Assembly: GCA_021823165.1 (NCBI GenBank)
Contig: JAKAOS010000001.1
Coordinates: 4,543-68,542, forward strand
Source of the DNA: Actinomycetes bacterium
Lineage (GTDB): Bacteria > Actinomycetota > Acidimicrobiia > Acidimicrobiales > JAKAOS01
Direction: 5' to 3'
Length of the DNA stretch: 64,000 bases
Below the pieces are notes generated by a model. That model did no database searches and had not been told where the DNA came from. It saw only the letters and a program-made list of their open reading frames with translations. Position 1 is the first letter of the stretch. Each line of letters begins with the position of its first letter. Position numbers and translations under genes: made by a program. This document shows, in pieces, positions 58,009 to 64,000 of this stretch.

Positions 58009-59112
58009 TCAGGCGGGCGCGAGCGGGGTCTTGTCGGGTGGCGAGGTGGGGGTCTGGCGAGCGGGGACCTCGTCGTTCAGGGCATCGATCAGCTGGCGGA
58101 GCCGGCCATAGTGGTGGCGGTCGAAGCGAAGGGCCACCCGCTCCAGGTCGAGGTGGTCACCCTCGGCTCGCTCCGGCGCCATGGCGTGAACCAGATGGAT
58201 GCCGCGATGGTCGCAGATCTCGGCAAAGCGTTCCGAAAGCTCTGCAAGCCTTTCTGGCCCGGGGGCCTTGCGCAACCTGATGACCAACTGGTTCCCCACG
58301 AAGCGGGAGGAGTGGTAGTTGCGGTAGAAGGAGAGGAGTTCGGTTGCAGCCATATCCACGCTGTCGGTTATGCGGTAGAGGGAGAGGTCCTCTTTGGACA
58401 CGAGGCCTCTTGCAACCAGTTCCTCTTCCACCCAATGCTGCCAGCGGTGCCAGTAGGTGCCGCCGGGGACATCGACCAACACGATTGGAGCCGGTTGCGA
58501 CTTGCCGGTTTGTGTCAGGGTAAGGAGTTCGAAGGCCTCGTCCTGGGTGCCGAATCCGCCGGGGAGTATTGCAAAGCCGTCAGTTTCCTTCATCAACATG
58601 AGCTTGCGGGTGAAGAAGTATTTCATCTCCACAAGCTTGGGGTCCTCGGCTATGACCGAGTTTGCACCCTGTTCGGCGGGTAGGCGGATGTTGATGCCGA
58701 AGGACCGTTCCCGGCCCGCTCCTTCCAACCCGGCGGCCATGATCCCCGGCCCGGCCCCGGTTATGACCATCCATCCCTGTGCGGCAAGCCGCGCGGCAAG
58801 TTCTTTGGCTTGCGCGTAAAGCGGGTCCTCGGGAAGGGTCCGGGCAGAGCCGAACATGGTGACCTTGGGGATGCTGCGGTAGGGGGCGAAGACGCGGTTG
58901 GCCTCGCCCATCTCTGTGATCGCGGCCCGGATGATTTTCAGATCCAACCGCTCTGTCGGCTGGGAGGCCAGGCCGAGGGCCACGGCAATGATGTCCGCCA
59001 AGAGGTCCCGGTGCTGGGTGGCTCCAACCGAATCCAACAGGCTGCCAACGGCGGCGGCGGTCTGTGGGTCCAGGGAGTTGGCCGGCCTGGGGCGCTCCTC
59101 GATGCCGCTCAA
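58009..59112 (-). CDS. LOG-family (TIGR00730-type, PpnN-like long form) nucleotide nucleosidase candidate
   Basis: 'VTMFGSAR', 'VITGAGPGIMAAG' and 'ILPGGFGTQDEAFE' (PGGxGTxxE). TTGA overlap with the fbiC stop. Confidence 0.82.
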   Translation of the reverse strand: MSGIEERPRPANSLDPQTAAAVGSLLDSVGATQHRDLLADIIAVALGLASQPTERLDLKIIRAAITEMGEANRVFAPYRSIPKVTMFGSARTLPEDPLYAQAKELAARLAAQGWMVITGAGPGIMAAGLEGAGRERSFGINIRLPAEQGANSVIAEDPKLVEMKYFFTRKLMLMKETDGFAILPGGFGTQDEAFELLTLTQTGKSQPAPIVLVDVPGGTYWHRWQHWVEEELVARGLVSKEDLSLYRITDSVDMAATELLSFYRNYHSSRFVGNQLVIRLRKAPGPERLAELSERFAEICDHRGIHLVHAMAPERAEGDHLDLERVALRFDRHHYGRLRQLIDALNDEVPARQTPTSPPDKTPLAPA

Positions 59113-61430
59113 GCTGCCAAGGGCGCAATGCGCCCATACAACGTTGTCCGCTGCGACAAGGTCCTCCCCAGGGGTTCCACGAGCGAAGCGAAGGCCGCTG
59201 CGTCCATGGCCCGGCCGTGAGAGGCTCCGGCTGCGCGGGAGATGTTCTCATCCATGAGCGTCCCGCCCAGGTCGTTGCACCCCGACAAAAGAAGCTGGCG
59301 GACTCCCTTCACGCCGGTCTTTACCCAACTGGCCTGGATGTTCGGAATGTATTTGTCATAAGCGATCCGACCGACGGCGTGCATGAGCACCACCTCCCGG
59401 AACGTCGGTCCCCTCCGGGACCTCCCTTTCAGGAATATAGGCGCCCCCATGTGCACAAAGGGGAGTGGGACGAACTCGGTGAAGCCGCCGGTCTCTTTTT
59501 GCAAGTCCCGGGTGGCCAGGATGTGCCGGGCCCAATGGCGGGGGTTCTCGACGGCCCCGAACATGATGGTGACGTTTGATTTGAGGCCGATGCGATGCGC
59601 CTGTCGGTGCACCTCCAGCCAGGTATCGGTGTCTATCTTGTCCGGGCAGAGCACCGCTCGGACCTCGTCATCCAGGATCTCGGCTGCCGTTCCGGGAAGG
59701 GACCGGAGGCCCGCATCGGCAAGCCTTTGCAGATAGGAGGGGAGTCCTTCGCCCAGGCGGCGTGCGCCTTCCCATACCTCCAGGGCCGTAAAGCCATGGA
59801 TGTGGATGTCCCGAGATACCTCTCGGACGGCCTTTATCACCGAAAGGTAGTGCTGCCCATCGAAGCTGGGGTGGATTCCGCCCTGGAGGCATACCTCGGT
59901 GGCTCCCGCCTCCACGGCCGCTGCGACCTTGTCCGCCACGTCGCTCAGTGACATGAGATAGGGAGCCTCTCGGTTCCCCAGGGAGCGTGGGCCACGGGAG
60001 AAGGCGCAGAAGGAGCAGCCGAAGGTGCAGACGTTGGTGTAGTTGATGTTCCGGTTTGCCACCCAGGTGATCTCGTCGCCCACCCGTTGGCGGCGGAGGG
60101 AGTCGGCATATGCCGCAACCGCAGCCACATCTGGCCCCCTGGCGCCGAACAGGGCGATGATGTCGGCTTCCTCTGGTTCTTTTCCCTCGGCCAGTTCGGA
60201 TATGGTCCGGCCGACCAAGGGATCCAGCGGCGGAGCGGGGGAAGAGGAACGGACCAGCACGGGGGGGTCTGCGCCTCCGCCGGCCACCCATGGGTCTTCT
60301 CTGGCAAGCCCCGAGGCGTCGGAGGAGGCAAGGACGAGCCTCGCCATCCCCGGTGCCTCCCAACGGGCCAGGTCGGAGAGGTGGGAGGGGTGGACTGGTA
60401 GGCGTGGCACCAGTATGTGGCCTGCAGCATTCGAAAGATTTGCAAGCCGCTCCAGTTCTGGCCAGGGACGCTCGGGATTGACGTGATCGAGGGTCAGGGG
60501 AGAAACCCCTCCCCAGTCGTCGATCCCGGCGGCCAACAGCCTCGCTGGGTCCGCCACAAGATTGGGCGGCGCTTGGACATGGATTTCGCGGGGCAACAAA
60601 AGACGGGCGATGGAGACCGCCCGGAGGTGTTCGTCCAGCCCGGCTGGAGGGTTACGCCACATGGCGGTGCCGGCCTTGGGCAGGAAGTTCTGCACTATGA
60701 CCTCCTGCACCTGGCCATAGAGGCGGTGGCTTTCGGCAATGGCCCAGAGGGCGTGGCAGCGGTCCTGCTCGTTCTCCCCGATTCCCACGAGGATGCCGGT
60801 GGTAAAGGGGATCTGCAACCTGCCCGCGGCCTGCAGCGTGGCCAGGCGGCGAGAAGGATCCTTGTCGGGGCTGGCAGTGTGACAGGGGAGATCGGGTCGG
60901 AGGGACTCGATCATGGCTCCCTGGGAAACCGTCACGTCCCGCAGGGTGGCCAGGTCGTCCTCGCTCAGGGCGCCTGCATTGGAATGACAGAGCAGGCCGG
61001 ACTCCCTGGAGATCAGTTTGCAGGCCTGGACCAGGTATTCGACGGTGGAGGAGTATCCATGGTCCTCGAGCCACCGCCGGGCGGCGGGGTAGCGCTCCTC
61101 GGGAGCCTCCCCCAGGGTCAGCAGGGCCTCTTGGCATCCGGCTTTGCTAGCGGTGCCGGCCAGGCCACTCAGCTGTTCGGGAGACATGTAGATGTCCTGG
61201 AGCCTCGAGGGAGGCTTGGCAAAGGTGCAGTAGCCGCAGCGGTCCCGGCAGGCCATGGTGAGGGGGAAAAAGGCCTTGGGCGAGTAGGTGACCACCCTGC
61301 CGTAGGTGGCGTCGCGCACCAGAGATGCCGCCTGGTTCAGCACCTCGGTGCTTGTGGCACAAAGCCTGGAAAAATCCTCGGGTCCGACTTTGCCGGCGAG
61401 GGATGCTTCTGCCAGTGCGGCCGGTGTCAT
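59109..61430 (-). CDS. fbiC: FO synthase (bifunctional CofG/CofH), F420 chromophore biosynthesis
   Basis: Two radical-SAM motifs, 'CRDRCGYCTF' and 'CTFGCSFCAF'. ~773 aa when started at the internal ATG, which forms an ATGA overlap with the pgl stop (61427-61430). Confidence 0.92.
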   Translation of the reverse strand: MTPAALAEASLAGKVGPEDFSRLCATSTEVLNQAASLVRDATYGRVVTYSPKAFFPLTMACRDRCGYCTFAKPPSRLQDIYMSPEQLSGLAGTASKAGCQEALLTLGEAPEERYPAARRWLEDHGYSSTVEYLVQACKLISRESGLLCHSNAGALSEDDLATLRDVTVSQGAMIESLRPDLPCHTASPDKDPSRRLATLQAAGRLQIPFTTGILVGIGENEQDRCHALWAIAESHRLYGQVQEVIVQNFLPKAGTAMWRNPPAGLDEHLRAVSIARLLLPREIHVQAPPNLVADPARLLAAGIDDWGGVSPLTLDHVNPERPWPELERLANLSNAAGHILVPRLPVHPSHLSDLARWEAPGMARLVLASSDASGLAREDPWVAGGGADPPVLVRSSSPAPPLDPLVGRTISELAEGKEPEEADIIALFGARGPDVAAVAAYADSLRRQRVGDEITWVANRNINYTNVCTFGCSFCAFSRGPRSLGNREAPYLMSLSDVADKVAAAVEAGATEVCLQGGIHPSFDGQHYLSVIKAVREVSRDIHIHGFTALEVWEGARRLGEGLPSYLQRLADAGLRSLPGTAAEILDDEVRAVLCPDKIDTDTWLEVHRQAHRIGLKSNVTIMFGAVENPRHWARHILATRDLQKETGGFTEFVPLPFVHMGAPIFLKGRSRRGPTFREVVLMHAVGRIAYDKYIPNIQASWVKTGVKGVRQLLLSGCNDLGGTLMDENISRAAGASHGRAMDAAAFASLVEPLGRTLSQRTTLYGRIAPLAA

Positions 61431-62143
61431 GCTGCCCACGGGGCGGCTTGGTGATCGACTATCCAAAGCACTTGTCCACCCTGGACCCGGGATGCAGGCA
61501 GATCAGCCCCGTCTTTGATGGCTGCCAGCGCGTTGGCCTTGGAGGCTCCTGCGACCGTCAGCACCACCAGTTTCGCCTGCCGGATCCCAGAGAAGGTCAG
61601 AGTCATGCGGGGGAGGGGGTTGTTGGCCCTCGGGTCGGAGTTGTTGGCCACAAGTTGGGAATCGGGCAACTCCAGAGCCTGGGAGCCAGGGAACAGCGAT
61701 GCGGTATGACCATCGGGGCCGACGCCCAGGTGGACCACGTCGAGGCCCCCCAAAGATGCAACGGTCTCGCCATAGGCCTCGGCCGCCCCCTGCCCACAGG
61801 GGGTTGCACCCTCGCCCTTGACCATGGGCAACACCGAAGCGGCGGCCGAGAGGATCCTCGGCATCGCGTGTGAGGCGAGGCGGTAGTTGGAGGCCTCATC
61901 TGTCAAAGGGACACACCGTTCATCCCCCCAGAGCAAATTGACATTGGACCAGTCGATCGAAGCCGACCCGAACCGGCGCTCCAGCTCTGCATAGCAGGCC
62001 GCTGCTGTGGAACCCCCCGATAAAGCGACGTTGAAGGCTCGCCCACTGCGTCGGGCATAGGCGACCTCCATGGCATCTGCAAAGGCTGCCGCTACGTCCT
62101 CTGCGACCATCAGCTCGCCAGCCACTCCTTCTGCCCAGCTCAT
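61427..62143 (-). CDS. pgl: 6-phosphogluconolactonase
   Basis: 'ALSGGST', 'LLWGDERCV' and 'HLGVGPDGHTASLFPG'. Start set at ATG 62143, 25 nt after the opcA stop. Confidence 0.85.
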   Translation of the reverse strand: MSWAEGVAGELMVAEDVAAAFADAMEVAYARRSGRAFNVALSGGSTAAACYAELERRFGSASIDWSNVNLLWGDERCVPLTDEASNYRLASHAMPRILSAAASVLPMVKGEGATPCGQGAAEAYGETVASLGGLDVVHLGVGPDGHTASLFPGSQALELPDSQLVANNSDPRANNPLPRMTLTFSGIRQAKLVVLTVAGASKANALAAIKDGADLPASRVQGGQVLWIVDHQAAPWAA

Positions 62144-62168
62144 CGGCGTCGAGGGCGAACAACGGGGC

Positions 62169-63200
62169 TCACCGGCCTCCTCCCAGGAAATCAGCCGCCC
62201 AACGAAGGGCTTGGAGGTAGGAGGGTTCGGGATCGAGGGCGGACAGGGCATTGGCAAGTGACCAGGTGAGACCGTGCATCGGGAGGGGCTGGGCCAGACA
62301 GAGCTTGGATTCCCCACCGATTTTCGCCTCGGCCGACACCACGTCCTCTGCGCTTCTCCACACCGAGAACTGTGCGGCAGACCCGTCCTTTTCACAGCTG
62401 AGCCGCATGCTGGCGTGCTGTGCTTGGGTGATGGTGAAGGCGTCTTTGCCCAGAGACAGCTTCGATCCCAGCCAACCCGCGAGCAAAAGCCCAGGGCCCC
62501 GGTTGGCTCGCACCTCCACCTGGGTGCAGGCCGCCCCATAGGCCCGTTCCTCTGCTCCATCAAATAGCGCGGTCATCAGTTGTCGCCAGAGCCGGAGCCG
62601 GAGCCAGGAAAGATCCAGCACCCTTTGAGTGCTTGCCAGATCCACAAGGGCCGCTACGTCCTGGGCTTCGACGGTGGGGGTGCCCAAAGGCAAAGAGGGC
62701 CGGGATGCGAAGCGGATGTCTGTGATGACGGCATCGGCAGAGACGGCGAGGGGGTCGTTGGGGCTGGGAAGGACTCCTGGATACCAAGCCACCAGGGGCA
62801 GCCCCGACAGGACCAGGGGCGCTACGACCGAATCCAGGTGTCCCGCAGGGCGTCCCCTCACGGTGAGACAGATGTCCTCCCACCACAGATGATGTCCCTC
62901 TACCGAAGAACGGTGGAGGGACACGCTTGCATCGAGGCGGTCATCTCCCTCGGGGATGACATGTATCGAGATCGACCGGCCGGGATGGCGGGCGCCGAGT
63001 TCCCTCATGGCGGCCGAGGTGCGCTCCAGGGTGCGCATGTGGTGTGCCACCGCGACGAGGTTGACCACGCTGGTGCGAGTGGCCGTGCCCGCCCGTTCGG
63101 CCCGGAGCCGGCCGGCGGCGGCCTCGATCTCCTCCACCGTGGTGTCCCGTTCCGACCAGGTGCAGATGACCTCGCTCGGCTGCTGGTCGACCATGCTCAT
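62169..63200 (-). CDS. opcA: Glucose-6-phosphate dehydrogenase assembly protein OpcA
   Basis: 343-aa protein in the zwf-opcA-pgl context. 'TRTSVVNLVAV' and 'PGRSISI' are OpcA-like. ATGA overlap with the zwf stop. Confidence 0.82.
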   Translation of the reverse strand: MSMVDQQPSEVICTWSERDTTVEEIEAAAGRLRAERAGTATRTSVVNLVAVAHHMRTLERTSAAMRELGARHPGRSISIHVIPEGDDRLDASVSLHRSSVEGHHLWWEDICLTVRGRPAGHLDSVVAPLVLSGLPLVAWYPGVLPSPNDPLAVSADAVITDIRFASRPSLPLGTPTVEAQDVAALVDLASTQRVLDLSWLRLRLWRQLMTALFDGAEERAYGAACTQVEVRANRGPGLLLAGWLGSKLSLGKDAFTITQAQHASMRLSCEKDGSAAQFSVWRSAEDVVSAEAKIGGESKLCLAQPLPMHGLTWSLANALSALDPEPSYLQALRWAADFLGGGR

Positions 63201-64000
63201 AGAATTCCCCAGATGCGTCCCTCGGAACGCAATAGTGCCTCGGCCTCGGGCGGGCCCCAGGTCCCAGCCACATAACGAGCCAGGGGAAAGGCGGGATCTG
63301 CATAGGATTCGAGCACCGGATCCACCACCTGCCAGGCATGGCGGACCTCGTCGGAGCGGATGAAGAGCGTGGGATCCCCGACCATGGCATCCAGCAGCAG
63401 CCTCTCGTAGGCATCGGGAGTCTCTTCCAAAAATGCCCCGCCGTAGGAGAAGTCCATCGACACCGTCCGGAGACGGAACTCCTGGCCGGGGACCTTGGCC
63501 CCAAAGCGCAAAGTTATGCCCTCGTCGGGCTGTATCCGCAGAACCAGGGCGTTGGCTCCCAGCTGGGAGGCGTTGGAGCCAACGAAGGGGAGATGGGGAA
63601 CGCGTTGGAACTGCATTGCCACCTCGGTGAAACGCCGGGGCAGCCGCTTGCCGGTCCTCACATACAGGGGCACCCCGGACCAGCGCCAGTTGTCCACCAG
63701 CAGCTTCATGGCAAAGAAGGTTTCCGTTTTGGACTGGGGGCTCACGCCCTCTTCTTCTCTGTAGCCGGGGACCTCTTTGCCTCCCACCCACCCCCGGTCA
63801 TACTGGGCACGCACGACGCTGGTGGCGACCTGGGCGGGAGTGGGGATCTCCATCGAGCGCAGCACCTTCATCTTCTCGTCCCGGATGCTCTCGGCGTCGC
63901 CCCCAGGCGGCTCCATGAGGGTGAGGGTGAGCACCTGCATCACGTGGTTCTGCACTATGTCCCGCAATGCGCCGGCGGTCTCATAAAAGCCGCCGCGGTG
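63197..64000 (-). CDS. zwf: Glucose-6-phosphate dehydrogenase (5'-truncated by window edge)
   Basis: The frame stays open to position 64000. It contains the conserved G6PD motif 'RDIVQNHVMQVL', and the C-terminal domain runs to the stop at 63197. Confidence 0.9.
   Translation of the reverse strand, partial: HRGGFYETAGALRDIVQNHVMQVLTLTLMEPPGGDAESIRDEKMKVLRSMEIPTPAQVATSVVRAQYDRGWVGGKEVPGYREEEGVSPQSKTETFFAMKLLVDNWRWSGVPLYVRTGKRLPRRFTEVAMQFQRVPHLPFVGSNASQLGANALVLRIQPDEGITLRFGAKVPGQEFRLRTVSMDFSYGGAFLEETPDAYERLLLDAMVGDPTLFIRSDEVRHAWQVVDPVLESYADPAFPLARYVAGTWGPPEAEALLRSEGRIWGIL

Overview
High-GC (hand-counted rows about 65-80% GC) actinobacterial-type chromosomal window, almost fully coding. I saw no rRNA, tRNA, CRISPR, transposase or integrase. 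Core metabolism in map order: gltBD, thioredoxin, an M16 peptidase pair, a histidine phosphatase, an M50 protease, glgX-treY-treZ, cutA, pntAA-AB-B, aconitase, a secreted SpoIID-repeat protein, a polytopic membrane protein, an aldolase/CMD/MarR trio, OYE and quinone-reductase genes, thiOSGD, and at the right end zwf-opcA-pgl-fbiC-LOG on the minus strand. Two accessory loci stand out. (1) At 34.3-41.1 kb, a three-gene 2-oxoacid:ferredoxin oxidoreductase has oxalate-oxidoreductase-like sequence features: 'YPIRP' in alpha, a degenerate CoA-loop in gamma, and a gamma+delta fusion. It is translationally coupled to an orphan NuoF-like flavoprotein, transcribed divergently from an OFA-family transporter, and followed directly by thiamine biosynthesis genes. 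(2) At 44.7-58.0 kb lies a two-part amine-catabolism region. The first part is a GS-like synthetase, a split glutamate-synthase-like trio (N-methylglutamate-pathway-like), a single FAD oxidoreductase and a PuuR-like regulator. The second part is a lower-GC island encoding a DUF3445 (haem N-demethylase-like) protein, a cupin, a DmmA-like protein and a PDR reductase, then an APC permease, an ACAD-fold protein lacking the canonical catalytic Glu, and a cyclase-family hydrolase. Several short tandem repeats, palindromes and hairpin terminators are also listed. Where I moved start codons relative to the ORF track, I used SD sequences, overlap logic and family N-termini. Functional calls are motif- and family-level inferences without database searches.
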